A stretch of DNA of 64,000 nt from Laetmonice hystrix (Eukaryota). The stretch spans positions 12,772,001 to 12,836,000 of the forward strand of contig OZ249452.1 in assembly GCA_965235115.1 (NCBI GenBank), given 5' to 3'. Positions 1-13,900 of the stretch are shown piece by piece (the stretch's first letter is position 1; the number at the start of each line of letters is the position of its first letter). The position numbers and the translations under genes are program-made. The notes beneath the pieces were generated by a model that saw only the letters and a list, made by a program, of their open reading frames with translations, did no database searches and had not been told where the DNA came from.

Positions 1-1370
1 AACTTGAACACCACAAAAGGTGACAGAAACTCATCAACATGAATAACAAGGCACAAGACATACGAAACGAAAGAGCAAATCACACACAGCAAAATTGTCC
101 GTCTTTGCAACTGATCGGACTTGGTGGCGAATATCCTGTCCCACACAGGTTATTTACAAATTTCAGTTTCAAATGAGAGATTCAGTTACATCAATTTTGT
201 ACACTGGCTGAACGTTTTCCCATACACGGTATACTTATTAGATGCGTGGGGAAAGAGAAATATTTCTGGAATTGGAATAGGGAACAGATATTTTGCATGC
301 TGCCAAGTATGGTTATGCTGAGTAGAATGAAAGCTGCACAAATAAGGAAGGTTAACAGAGATATCATGGATGTTGTAGCAATGGAGAAAATATAAATACG
401 AAATAAAGATCAACATGAAACATCGCATAAAGGGCCAAAAATCAAGTCCTTGAAAGTCTGATGAGAAAGATAATATTTTATCTGTCACGTAGCTTTCAAG
501 ACGAAACGGCTTCATTTTTAGCCCGGAATGTAAAAACAAGATCAGAATCTTTCAGACATGAGAATTGACTGGCGAAAAATATCAGCTGTTGACTTATCAA
601 CGGGTTTCACGGTTAGAAAAAAGCGGTAATCCGCCAATCCGTAGGCAACTCTCATGTCTGATACTGTCTCTATTTATTGCAAATGGCAGAAACTGTAAGA
701 CAAAAACCAACTGAAAGCGTTGTCAGATGTTTGGTTGCCTTCATTTCTGTGTGAATTTAATACTTTAATAATTTAATCAAATATATTGCAATGACCCGAT
801 ACTTCGGAAAAGTCTGTTCTTTCTCAACCAAACTATGTACAGCGCTCCAGCGTCATGTGCGAACACGAGCGCAATGAAATGTATTATTGTAAGAAGCAAC
901 TGAAATGTAAATAGCGCGAAGGATTATGCACAAGTATATGTGAGGGGGGCTGCAAATGGCTGCGTCGCCAACACTTGAGAAGAATTCAAAATGAACATAA
1001 CGTTCATAACATGAACTGGTAAACAATGCTCATGACACATTCCAGCAAATACCAATCAGAATAACAATAACTGACTTTCCAGGCCAATCAGACAATAGCA
1101 TAGATTGTTCAGATTGTTCTGGATTCCTTTTACCAATCACAAAAACAGTCTCTGAAATAAACCATGCTCTCTCAATCTCAGAAACTCTATATTATAAAGA
1201 AATGAATTGATCTAATTCATGCTAAAATAAACAAGTCAGCTGTACGCTGATAAACATCTACAATCTCGTAGTCGCTCTACCAGAAAAACCAACATCAGAT
1301 CCAGTTGTAAATCTAACAAATTTATAGAACGAACAATAAACCATGCTTCCTCCATGCCCATAATGTGTAC

Positions 1371-4300
1371 CTTGCTGGACAGGTGTTTCAGGTGCCTTCT
1401 GAACGATTTCTTCACTTGTTATGGCCTCGTGTGTCATCTTAGTGACCTCCTCTGGTGAAACACCTTCGGTTGTGTAGGTGACAGTTTCTTCTGTTGTTTC
1501 AGGGGCCATTTCTCCCTCCTGGGTAATGACTTTAGTTGTGACCTTCTTAGTGACAGTGGCCTGCTGGGCGAAGTCGATGGTTTCTTCAGGCTGGACACCT
1601 TCAGTTGTGTAGGTGACAGTTTCTTCTGTTGTTTCAGGGGCCATTTCACCCTCCTGGGTGATAACTTTAGTTGTGACCTTCTTAGTAACAGTGGCCTGCT
1701 GGGTGAAGTCCATGGTTTCTTCAGGCTGGACACCTTCAGTTGTGTAGGTGACAGTTTCTTCTGTTGTTTCAGGGGCCATTTCACCCTCCTGGGTGATAAC
1801 TTTAGTTGTGACCTTCTTAGTGACAGTGGCCTGCTGGGTGAAGTCCATGGTTTCTTCAGGCTGGACACCTTCGGTTGTGTAGGTGACAGTTTCTTCTGTT
1901 GTTTCAGGGGGCATTTCTCCCTCCTGGGTAATGACTTTAGTTGTGACCTTCTTAGTGACAGTGGCCTGCTGGGTGAAGTCCATGGTTTCTTCAGGCTGGA
2001 CACCTTCAGTTGTGTAGGTGACAGTTTCCTCTGTTGTTTCAGGGGCCATTTCTCCCTCCTGGGTAATGACTTTAGTTGTGACCTTCTTAGTGACAGTGGC
2101 CTGCTGGGTGAAGTCCATGGTTTCTTCAGGCTGGACACCTTCCGTTGTGTAGGTGACAGTTTCCTCTGTTGTTTCAGGGGCCATTTCTCCCTCCTGGGTA
2201 ATGACTTTAGTTGTGACCTTCTTAGTGACAGTGGCCTGCTGGGTGAAGTCCATGGTTTCTTCAGGCTGGACACCTTCGGTTGTGTAGGTGACAGTTTCTT
2301 CTGTTGTTTCAGGGGCCATTTCTCCCTCCTGGGTGATAACTTTAGTTGTGACCTTCTTCGTAACAGTGGCCTGGTCGGTCACATCAGCAGGAACTTCTTC
2401 AGGCATGACTATCTCCTCCATGGCATCAACAAATTCGTCCTCTACCGTTTCTGGAACAATCTCTGTTACCTGGGAAACAACCTGGGTTACGGGTTTCTCT
2501 TCCTGTTCAGCCTTGTCTGTCACATCCGTAATTTCTTCAGGTTTCACTGTCTCCTCAGTAACCATGGTAACAGCCTCCTCTGTGGTTTCTGGTGCGAGTT
2601 CGGTGATCTGCGTCTCAACCTGTGCAGCTACTGGTTTTTCAACCTCAGCCTTGTCTGTCACATCCGTAATTTCCTCAGGCTTAACTGTCTCATCAGTAAC
2701 CATGGTAACAGCCTCCTCTGTGGTTTCCGGAGCGAGTTCGGTGATCTGCGTCTCAACCTGTGCAGCTACTGGTTTTTCAACCTCAGCCTTGTCTGTCACA
2801 TCCGTAATTTCCTCAGGCTTAACTGTCTCCTCAGTAACCATGGTAACAGCCTCCTCTGTGGTTTCCGGTGCGAGTTCGGTGATCTGCATTTCAACCTTGG
2901 CTGTCACTGGTTTTTCAACCTCAGCCTTGTCTGTCATATCAGTAATTTCCTCAGGCTTGACTGTCTCCTCAGTAACCATGGTAACAGCCTCCTCTGTGGT
3001 TTCCGGAGCGAGTTCGGTGATCTGCATTTCAACCTTGGCAGCTACTGGTTTTTCAACCTCAGCCTTGTCTGTCACATCAGTAATTTCCTCAGGCTTGACA
3101 CTCTCCTCAGTAACCATGGTAACAGCCTCCTCTGTGGTTTCCGGAGCGAGTTCGGTGATCTGCATTTCAACCTTGGCTGTCACTGGTTTTTCAACCTCAG
3201 CCTTGTCTGTCACATCAGTAATTTCCTCAGGCTTGACTGTCTCCTCAGTAACCATGGTAACAGCCTCCTCTGTGGTTTCCGGAGCGAGTTCGGTGATCTG
3301 CATTTCAACCTTGGCAGCTACTGGTTTTTCAACCTCAGCCTTGTCTGTCACATCAGTAATTTCCTCAGGCTTGACTGTCTCCTCAGTAACCATGGTAACA
3401 GCCTCCTCTGTGGTTTCTGGAGCGAGTTCGGTGATCTGCATTTCAACCTTGGCCGTCACTGGTTTTTCAACCTCAGCCTTGTCTGTCACAGCTGTAATTT
3501 CCTCAGGCTTGACTGTCTCCTCAGTAACCATGGTAACAGCTTCATCTGTTGTTTCTGGAGCGAGTTCACTTATCTGCATTTCAACCTTGGCAGCTACTGG
3601 TTTTTCAACCTCAGCCTTGTCTGTCACATCAGTAATTTCCTCAGGCTTGACTGTCTCCTCAGTAACCATGGTAACAGCCTCTTCTGTGGTTTCTGGAGCG
3701 AGTTCGGTGATCTGCATCTCAGCCTTGGCTGTTACTGGTTTTTCAACCTCAGCCTTGTCTGTCACATCAGTAATTTCCTCAGGCTTGACTGTCTCCTCAG
3801 TAACCATGGTAACAGCCTCCTCTGTGGTTTCTGGTGCGAGTTCGGTGATCTGCATTTCAACCTTGGCTGTCACTGGTTTTTCAACCTCAGCCTTGTCTGT
3901 CACATCCGTAATTTCCTCAGGCTTAACTGTCTCATCAGTAACCATGGTAACAGCCTCCTCTGTGGTTTCCGGAGCGAGTTCGGTGATCTGCATTTCAACC
4001 TTGGCAGCTACTGGTTTTTCAACCTCAGCCTTATCTGTCACATCCGTAATTTCCTCCGGTTTGACTGTCTCTTCAGTAACCATGGTAACAGCCTCCTCCG
4101 TGGTTTCTGGAGCGAGTTCGGTGATCTGCATTTCAACCTTGGCTGTCACTGGTTTTTCAACCTCAGCCTTGTCTGTCACATCAGTAATTTCCTCAGGCTT
4201 GACTGTCTCCTCAGTAACCATGGTAACAGCCTCCTCTGTGGTTTCCGGAGCGAGTTCAGTGATCTGCATTTCAACCTTGGCAGCTACTGGTTTTTCAACC

Positions 4301-6614
4301 TCAGCCATGTCTGTCACATCAGTAATTTCCTCAGGCTTGACACTCTCCTCAGTAACCATGGTAACAGCCTCCTCTGTGGTTTCCGGAGCGAGTTCGGTGA
4401 TCTGCATTTCAACCTTGGCAGCTACTGGTTTTTCAACCTCAGCCTTGTCTGTCACATCAGTAATTTCCTCAGGCTTGACTGTCTCCTCAGTAACCATGGT
4501 AACAGCCTCCTCTGTGGTTTCTGGAGCGAGTTCGGTGATCTGCATTTCAACCTTGGCCGTCACTGGTTTTTCAACCTCAGCCTTGTCTGTCACATCTGTA
4601 ATTTCCTCAGGCTTGACTGTCTCCTCAGTAACCATGGTAACAGCTTCATCTGTTGTTTCTGGAGCGAGTTCACTTATCTGCATTTCAACCTTGGCAGCTA
4701 CTGGTTTTTCAACCTCAGCCTTGTCTGTCACATCAGTAATTTCCTCAGGCTTGACTGTCTCCTCAGTAACCATGGTAACAGCCTCTTCTGTGGTTTCTGG
4801 AGCGAGTTCGGTGATCTGCATCTCAACCTTGGCTGTTACTGGTTTTTCAACCTCAGCCTTGTCTGTCACATCAGTAATTTCCTCAGGCTTGACTGTCTCC
4901 TCAGTAACCATGGTAACAGCCTCCTCTGTGGTTTCTGGTGCGAGTTCGGTGATCTGCATTTCAACCTTGGCTGTCACTGGTTTTTCAACCTCAGCCTTGT
5001 CTGTCACATCAGTAATTTCCTCAGGCTTGACTGTCTCCTCAGTAACCATGGTAACAGCCTCCTCTGTGGTTTCTGGTGCGAGTTCGGTGATCTGCATTTC
5101 AACCTTGGCTGTCACTGGTTTTTCAACCTCAGCCTTGTCTGTCACATCAGTAATTTCCTCAGGTTTGACTGTCTCCTCAGTAACCATGGTAACAGCCTCC
5201 TCTGTGGTTTCTGGTGCGAGTTCGGTGATCTGCATTTCAACCTTGGCTGTCACTGGTTTTTCAACCTCAGCCTTGTCTGTCACATCAGTAATTTCCTCAG
5301 GTTTGACTGTCTCCTCAGTAACCATGGTAACAGCCTCCTCTGTGGTTTCTGGAGCGAGTTCACTTATCTGCATTTCAACCTTGGCTGTCACTGGTTTTTC
5401 AACCTCAGCCTTGTCTGTCACATCAGTAATTTCCTCAGACATGACTGTCTCTTCAGTAACCATGGTAACAGCCTCCTCCGTGGTTTCTGGAGCGAGTTCG
5501 ATGATCTGCATTTCAACTTTGGCTGTCACTGGTTTCTCAACCTCAGCCGTGTCTGTCACATCTGTAATTTCCTCAGGCTGCAGAGTTTCCTCCCTTGGAA
5601 CTTCAAGGGTCTCTTCCTCTGTATGTTCTGCTGTGATTTCAGATACCTGTTCACCAGTCATCATCTCCTTCGGTTTCTCTACAGCAGCCGTGGCAACATC
5701 TATGGTAATTGGCACTGGAGCGATCTCTTCAGAGGCATCCTCAAAGATCTCTTCTTCGGTTGTCTCAGGAGCAAGCTCTGCAACCTGCTCAGAAACCATC
5801 ATTTGGGTTGGCATCTCAGAGACTGCATGGGTAATATCGGTTGTGACATCCAATGGCGTCACTGTTTCTTCCTGTGTAAGAATAACCTCCTCCCCTACTT
5901 GCTCAGTAGTGAGTTGTGTCTCCTGTTCGCCAATGTACAACTCAGGTTTTACTTTGATCTCTGCAGTGCTGACATCCAGTTTGGTTTCTGTGGGAGCAAC
6001 TTCCTCCGGAGCCTCCATGAATTCTTCCTCCTGGGTCTCCTCCATGGTGATCACGGCCTGTTGCATTTGGCCCATAGCCTGCACCTGGGCAGGCATGGTT
6101 ACACCTGCCTGAGTGGTTTCAACACTCACCTCTTCTGGTGCAACCTCTTCAGATGGCTGTGAATCAGGAACCTCTGAAATATCCTCTGGTTGGATCACCG
6201 CTTGCTGTTCCATAACTGTGCTAGCTTGTGGCATCTGGATATCTGCCACTGTGGCCTCCTCAGGAATGTCAGTTGGGAGGACTTCTTCAGAGGGTTGAAC
6301 AATGATTTCACCCGAAACCACTTCCATTTTTAGTTCAGTCTGCTGAACACCTACAGTAGTGCTTGTTGGTAGTTGCAACTCTGCTACAGTCATCTCTTGG
6401 GGCACTTGGGCAGGCTGGGCTGCCTCTGTTGGTTGTTCCTCAATTGCTTCTGAAATAACCTCATCTTGGGTTACAATCTCCTGGGTTTTAACCTGCATCT
6501 CCGAGGGCATTTCAAGGGATTCAATCCGCATCATTGTGGTCTGAACCTCCTCAGGAGAAACCTCTTCGGTAGATATAGGGGACACCCCCTCCTGTGTGAA
6601 CTCAACCTTGATTT
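1371..6614 (-). CDS. Large exon (5244 nt, phase 1-1): unique E/V/T-rich segment, then 46-aa and 45-aa repeat arrays
   Basis: Acceptor attttctttcag|AA at 6615-16; donor CAAG|GTACAC at 1365-70; length divisible by 3. Confidence 0.9.
1440..2373 (-). repeat. Coding tandem repeat, 135 bp / 45 aa (QATVTKKVTTKVITQEGEMAPETTEETVTYTTEGVQPEETMDFTQ), ~7 copies
   Basis: The anchor agggg(c/g)catt recurs at 1501, 1636, 1771, 1906, 2041, 2176 and 2311. Confidence 0.95.
2500..5580 (-). repeat. Coding tandem repeat, 138 bp / 46 aa (EVEKPVTAKVEMQITELAPETTEEAVTMVTEETVKPEEITDVTDKA), 22 copies
   Basis: accatggtaacagc recurs from 2561 to 5459 at 138-bp spacing; near-identical units. Confidence 0.95.
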
Positions 6615-7750
6615 CTGAAAGAAAATGTGGATTTGGACATTTACATCAGAGTGAGCATGCTGCCACCATGGCAAGTTTACCCTCCTGCAGAACAGGAATA
6701 CAAACGACCCATCCAAAAGGACCAGTTATAGTGTGCAGACGTATAATATGAATGAGTATATAAATAATTATAAATTATATTTATTGCTAATGATAAAATG
6801 CTCTTAGGCATGTCTTATTGTAGGCCCATTGGTATGCAGATGACATAGTGTTAACCTCAAAAAGGACTAAAACCTAGATTAAGGAATTGTAATCGTGCAG
6901 CTGTAGAAAATGGGGACTATGCACTTGCTGAAGCAAAGCAGGCTAGGTGCATCTCAATGAAGGTATGGCTTAAAAATTGAGGCCATCTATAAAGTGTTCA
7001 AAGTTAAAAAGTAAATATTTTATAGATATAACACAAATTGAGGTTAAATAAGGATTGAGGGATCTTGCGAAAGAAGAAAATGATAGTTCAAGAACTGTTT
7101 CATACTGCTAGAATGAAACTAATCAAGATATATACCATTTTTAGGGATAAATAAACCATACATAATGACCACTAGGGTTTATTATCCAAAAACAAAACAA
7201 GAAAAAAGAGAGGAAATAAAAGTCATATTGGCATACAAAATCATAAACCTAATTGAATGGAAGCTGAAAACCTGATCCACAATTGCAAAATAGCAAAGCA
7301 TGAAAGAAAGAGCTACTTATTTTTGAGTAATCCTGAAATAAAATCATGCGATGCAGCGCCAGTACGATAACACACATCGTCATCATACCATGCCATTAAA
7401 AAAAAGGAGAGTAGTGAACGGATTTTCAACAAAATTGTATCGAGTCAGTGAGCAAACGAAGAATGAACAGTAATGAGTAACAGTAATTCATTCGCCATAG
7501 CGCTTGGTTTGCATTGCGCTGCTCTTGTTTAAACCAGCCATTTGCTGGTTCAATACATGATGAACCTGGGGGAGAAACAAATTATGAAATCATAAGTGTA
7601 CAAAGAAGTCATGCATCTGTGAGGAATAAAATAATAACATGATGTATGGCAGACCCTTCAAAGTAAAGAAGTAAAAAAGTACGTGAACACATGCAGAAAC
7701 ACATGTGTTGAAATGTTGCCATACTCATGCTATCAAATGGCTCTCGTTTG

Positions 7751-7800
7751 TCAATGCAGGACTTTGACATGCAAAGCTTTCCTTGTTGAGGTCATTTCAA
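7751..7800 (-). CDS. Weak candidate short terminal exon: VEMTSTRKALHVKVLH*
   Basis: Acceptor cccttctgcag|TT at 7801-02, 104 nt after the 7904 donor; open in phase 1 to TGA 7751-53. Short enough to be chance. Confidence 0.15.
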
Positions 7801-7904
7801 CTGCAGAAGGGCTTTCCATTTTCCTGAGGTTCAATGGATTCTTTCTGTGACATTTGTTATAGTTACAGATCTAATAAGAGCATGAAAAAGTCCAGTTGTT
7901 GTAC

Positions 7905-10900
7905 CTTCTGATTCCTCTGGTGCCTGGCCGAGTTTTTCCTTGACATCAGCAGGCTGTATAACAACAACAGTTTCTGTGTCCGTAATGACTTCTTCTGGCT
8001 TTATTTCATGATCAATAGGCACATCTTCGTCTGTCCTGGAAGCAGTTTCCGGCGTCACTTCCACCTGATCTTCTTCAACACGGGTCTCTTGAGGCTGTGT
8101 CAATGCAGCCTTTAGAGTCAGTGATTCAACCTCAGCTGTCTCCGCAATCTCTTCCGGTGAGGGTAAACTCACCTGCTCAGTAACACCTTCTTTGACCTCA
8201 GCGAATTGCTCAGTAACCTGTGTGGTCATTGGCAGCTCAATAGTAGAGGTCTCTGTCTCCCTTGTGATGTCGGCCATAACGGCCTGCTCGTCATGAACAG
8301 AACCGGTCTCGGAGACAACATCAGCGGTCATCTCAGTGACCTGCTCACCGACTTGCGTCAACTGAGGCATCTCAATTCCAGCAGTTGTGATTTCCATAGT
8401 TATTTCACTGGGCTCAACACCTTCTTCTTTTGGTGCCACTATCTCCTGAGTAATAGTTTCAGGTTTAAGCTCTGCTTCTTGAACACCTACTTCAGTAGGT
8501 TGTGGCATCTGAATTCCAGCAGTTGTAATTTCCATTGTGATTTGGCTCGGCTCAACACCTTCCTGCTTAGGTGTCACTATTTCTTCAGCGATTGTTTCAG
8601 GTTTAAGCTCTGCTTCTTGGACACCAACCTGAGTTGGCTGTGGCATCTCAATCCCAGCAGTTGTAATTTCCATAGTTATTTCACTGGACTCAACACTTTC
8701 TTCTTTTGGTGCTGTAATCTCCTCAGTAACAGTTTCAGGTTTCAGCTCTGCTTCTTGAACACCTACTTCAGTAGGCTGAGGCATCTCTATTCCAGCAGTT
8801 GTAATTTGCATGGTTATTTCACTGGGCTCAACACCTTCTTCTTTTGGTGCCACAATCTCCTCAGTAACAGTTTCAGGTTTGAGCTCTGCTTCTTGGACAC
8901 CTACTTCAGTAGGCTGTGGCATCTGAATTCCAGCAGTTGTAATTTCCATGGTGATTTGACTTGGCTCAACACCTTCCTCCTTAGGTGTCACTATTTCTTC
9001 AGTAATTGTTTCAGGTGTCAGTACTGCTTCTTGGACACCAACTTCAGTGGGCTGAGGCATCTCAATTCCAGCTGTTGTAATTTCCATGGTTATTTCACTG
9101 GGCTCAACACCTTCTTCTTTTGGTGCCGCAATCTCCTCAGTAACAGTTTCAGGTTTGAGCTCTGCTTCTTGGACACGTACTTCAGTAGGCTGTGGCATCT
9201 GAATTCCAGCAGTTGTAATTTCCATGGTGATTTGACTTGGCTCAACACCTTCCTCCTTAGGTGTCACTATTTCTTCAGTGATTGTTTCAGGTTTGAGCTC
9301 TGCTTCTTGGACACCAACCTGAGTCGGCTGTGGCATCTCAATCCCAGCAGTTGTAATTTCCATGGTTATTTCACTGGGCTCAACACCTTCTTCTTTTGGT
9401 GCCACTATCTCCTGACTAATAGTTTCAGGTTTGAGCTCTGCTTCTTGGACACCAACTTCAGTAGGCTGAGGCATTTCAATTCCAGCAGTTGTAATTTCCA
9501 TGGTGATTTCACTGGGCTCAACACCTTCCTCTTTTGGTGTAACAATTTCTTCAGTCACCGTTTCTGGTTTGAGCTCTGCTTCTTGGACACCAACCTGAGT
9601 TGGCTGTGGCATCTCAATTCCAGCAGTTGTAATTTCCATGGTTATTTCACTGGGCTCAACACCTTCTTCTTTTGGTGTCACTATCTCCTGAGTAATAGTT
9701 TCAGGTTTGAGCTCTGCTTCTTGGACACCTACTTCAGTAGGCTGTGGCATCTGAATTCCAGCAGTTGTAATTTCCATGGTGATTTGACTTGGCTCAACAC
9801 CTTCCTCCTTAGGTGTCACTATTTCTTCAGTAATTGTTTCAGGTGTCAGTTCTGCTTCTTGGACACCGACCTGAGTTGGCTGTGGCATCTCAATTCCAGC
9901 AGTTGTAATTTCCATGGTGATTTGACTTGATTCAACACCTTCTTCCATTGGCGTCACTATTTCTTCAGTGATTGTTTCAGGTTTGAGCTCTGCTTCTTGG
10001 ACACCGACCTGAGTAGGCTGTGGCATCTCAATTCCAGCAGTTGTAATTTCCATGGTTATTTCACTGGGCTCAACACCTTCTTCTTTTGGTGCCGCAATCT
10101 CCTCAGTAACAGTTTCAGGTTTGAGCTCTGCTTCTTGGACACCTACTTCGGTAGGTTGTGGCATCTGAATTCCAGCAGTTGTAATTTCCATGGTGATTTG
10201 ACTCGGCTCAACACCTTCCTGCTTAGGTGTCACTAGTTCTTCAGTGATTGTTTCAGGTTTGAGCTCTGCTTCTTGGACACCAACCTGAGTTGGTTCTGGC
10301 ATTTTAATTCCAGCAGTTGTAATTTCCATGGTGATTTGACTAGATTCAACACCTTCGTCCATTGGTGTTACAATTTCCTCGGTGATTGTTTCAGGTTTGA
10401 GCTCTGCTTCTTGGACACCTACTTCAGTAGGCTGTGGCATCTGAATTCCAGCAGTTGTAATTTCCATGGTGATTTGACTTGGCTCAACACCTTCCTCCTT
10501 AGGTGTCACTATTTCTTCAGTGATTGTTTCAGGTTTGAGCTCTGCTTCTTGGACACTAACCTGAGTCGGCTGTGGCATCTCAATCCCAGCAGTTGTAATT
10601 TCCATGGTTATTTCACTGGGCTCAACACCTTCTTCTTTTGGTGCAACAATTTCTTCAGTCACCGTTTCTGGTTTGAGCTCTGCTTCTTGGACACCAACCT
10701 GAGTTGGCTGTGGCATCTCAATTCCAGCAGTTGTAATTTCCATGGTGGTTTGACTAGATTCAACACCTTCGTCCATTGGTGTTACAATTTCCTCGGTGAT
10801 TGTTTCAGGTTTGAGCTCTGCTTCTTGGACACCAACCTGAGTTGGCTGTGGCATCTGAATTCCAGCAGTTTTAATTTCCATGGTGATTTGACTTGGCTCA

Positions 10901-13900
10901 ACACCTTCCTGCTTCGGTGTCAGTATTTCTTCAGTAATTGTTTCAGGTGTCAGTTCTGCTTCTTGGACACCAACTTCAGTGGGCTGAGGCATCTCAATTC
11001 CAGCTGTTGTAATTTCCATGGTTATTTCACTGGGCTCAACACCTTCTTCTTTTGGTGCCGCAATCTCCTCAGTAACAGTTTCAGGTTTGAGCTCTGCTTC
11101 TTGGACACCTACTTCAGTAGGCTGTGGCATCTGAATTCCAGCAGTTGTAATTTCCATGGTGATTTGACTTGGCTCAACATCTTCCTCCTTAGGTGTCACT
11201 ATTTTTTCAGTGATTGTTTCAGGTTTGAGCTCTGCTTCTTGGACACCAACCTGAGTCGGCTGTGGCATCTCAATCCCAGCAGTTGTAATTTCCATGGTTA
11301 TTTCACTGGGCTCAACACCTTCTTCTTTTGGTGTAACAATTTCTTCAGTCACCGTTTCTGGTTTGAGCTCTGCTTCTTGGACACCAACCTGAGTTGGCTG
11401 TGGCATTTCAATTCCAGCAGTTGTAATTTTCATGGTGATTTGACTAGATTCAACACCTTCGTCCATTGGTGTTACAATTTCCTCAGTGATTGTTTCAGGT
11501 TTGAGCTCTGCTTCTTGGACACCAACCTGAGTTGGCTGTGGCATCTGAATTCCAGCAGTTTTAATTTCCATGGTGATTTGACTTGGCTCAACACCTTCCT
11601 GCTTCGGTGTCACTATTTCTTCAGTAATTGTTTCAGGTGTCAGTTCTGCTTCTTGGACACCAACTTCAGTAGGTTGTGGCATCTCAATTCCAGCTGTTGT
11701 AATTTCCATGGTGATTTGACTAGATTCAACACCTTCGTCCATTGGTGTTACAATTTCCTCAGTGATTGTTTCAGGTTTGAGCTCTGCTTCTTGGACACCG
11801 ACCTGAGTTGGCTGTGGCATCTCAATTCCAGCAGTTGTAATTTCCATGGTTATTTCACTGGGCTCAACACCTTCTTCTTTTGGTGCCACTATCTCCTGAG
11901 TAATAGTTTCAGGTTTGAGCTCTGCTTCTTGGACACGTACTTCAGTAGGCTGTGGCATCTGAATTCCAGCAGTTGTAATTTCCATGGTGATTTGACTTGG
12001 CTCAACACCTTCCTCCCTAGGTGTCACTACTTCTTCAGTAATTGTTTCAGGTGTCAGTTCTGCTTCTTGGACACCAACCTGAGTTGGCTGTGGCATCTCA
12101 ATTCCAGCAGTTGTAATTTCCATGGTGATTTGACTAGATTCAACACCTTCGTCCATTGGTGTTACAATTTCCTCAGTGATTGTTTCAGGTTTGAGCTCTG
12201 CTTCTTGGACACCGACCTGAGTTGGCTGTGGCATCTCAATTCCAGCAGTTGTAATTTCCATGGTTATTTCACTGGGCTCAACACCTTCTTCTTTTGGTGC
12301 CACTATCTCCTGAGTAATAGTTTCAGGTTTGAGCTCTGCTTCTTGGACACGTACTTCAGTAGGCTGTGGCATCTGAATTCCAGCAGTTGTAATTTCCATG
12401 GTGATTTGACTTGGCTCAACACCTTCTTCTTTTGGTGCAACAATTTCTTCAGTCACCGTTTCTGGTTTGAGCTCTGCTTCTTGGACACCAACCTGAGTTG
12501 GCTGTGGCATCTCAATTCCAGCAGTTGTAATTTCCATGGTGATTTGACTAGATTCAACACCTTCCTCCTTAGGTGTCACTATTTCTTCAGTGATTGTTTC
12601 AGGTTTGAGCTCTGCTTCTTGGACACCAACCTGAGTCGGCTGTGGCATCTCAATCCCAGCAGTTGTAATTTCCATGGTTATTTCACTGGGCTCAACACCT
12701 TCTTCTTTTGGTGCAACAATTTCTTCAGTCACCGTTTCTGGTTTGAGCTCTGCTTCTTGGACACCAACCTGAGTTGGCTGTGGCATCTCAATTCCAGCAG
12801 TTGTAATTTCCATGGTGATTTGACTAGATTCAACACCTTCGTCCATTGGTGTTACAATTTCCTCAGTGATTGTTTCAGGTTTGAGATCTGCTTCTTGAAC
12901 ACCGACCTGAGTTGGCTGTGGCATCTCAATTCCAGCAGTTGTAATTTCCATGGTTATTTCACTGGGCTCAACACCTTCTTCTTTTGGTGCCACTATCTCC
13001 TGACTAATAGTTTCAGGTTTGAGCTCTGCTTCTTGGACACCAACTTCAGTAGGCTGAGGCTTTTGAATTCCAGCAGTTGTAATTTCCATGGTGATTTCAC
13101 TGGGCTCAACACCTTCCTCTTTTGGTGTAACAATTTCTTCAGTCACCGTTTCTGGTTTGAGCTCTGCTTCTTGGACACCAACCTGAGTTGGCTGTGGCAT
13201 CTCAATTCCAGCAGTTGTAATTTCCATGGTTATTTCACTGGGCTCAACACCTTCTTCTTTTGGTGTAACAATTTCTTCAGTCACCGTTTCTGGTTTGAGC
13301 TCTGCTTCTTGGACACCAACCTGAGTTGGCTGTGGCATTTCAATTCCAGCAGTTGTAATTTCCATGGTGATTTGACTAGATTCAACACCTTCGTCCATTG
13401 GTGTTACAATTTCCTCAGTGATTGATTCAGGTTTGAGCTCTGCTTCTTGGACACCAACCTGAGTTGGCTGTGGCATCTGAATTCCAGCAGTTTTAATTTC
13501 CATGGTGATTTGACTTGGCTTAACACCTTCCTGCTTCGGTGTCACTATTTCTTCAGTAATTGTTTCAGGTGTCAGTTCTGCTTCTTGGACACCAACTTCA
13601 GTAGGTTGTGGCATCTCAATTCCAGCTGTTGTAATTTCCATGGTGATTTGACTAGATTCAACACCTTCGTCCATTGGTGTTACAATTTCCTCAGTGATTG
13701 TTTCAGGTTTGAGCTCTGCTTCTTGGACACCGACCTGAGTTGGCTGTGGCATCTCAATTCCAGCAGTTGTAATTTCCATGGTTATTTCACTGGGCTCAAC
13801 ACCTTCCTCTTTTGGTGCAACAATTTCTTCAGTCACCGTTTCTGGTTTGAGCTCTGCTTCTTGGACACCAACCCGAGTTGGCTGTGGCATCTGAATTCCA

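Noticed and set aside
1258-1370. ORF-track tail of the 1775-aa ORF (THYGHGGSMVYCSF...)
   Set aside because: Read-through past the GT donor at 1370 with an abrupt change in composition. The same applies to the tails at 7831-7904, 20008-20114 and 38996-39240.
2288-6112. 1274-aa plus-strand S/V/T-rich ORF
   Set aside because: Antisense shadow of the repeat-coding exon; a stop-free frame in one unit is simply multiplied by the tandem array.
6615-6690. Upstream alternative acceptor (ttcctgttctgcag) at 6685-86
   Set aside because: 70 nt out of frame with the main acceptor and gives an immediate stop (GA GGG TAA); no other support.
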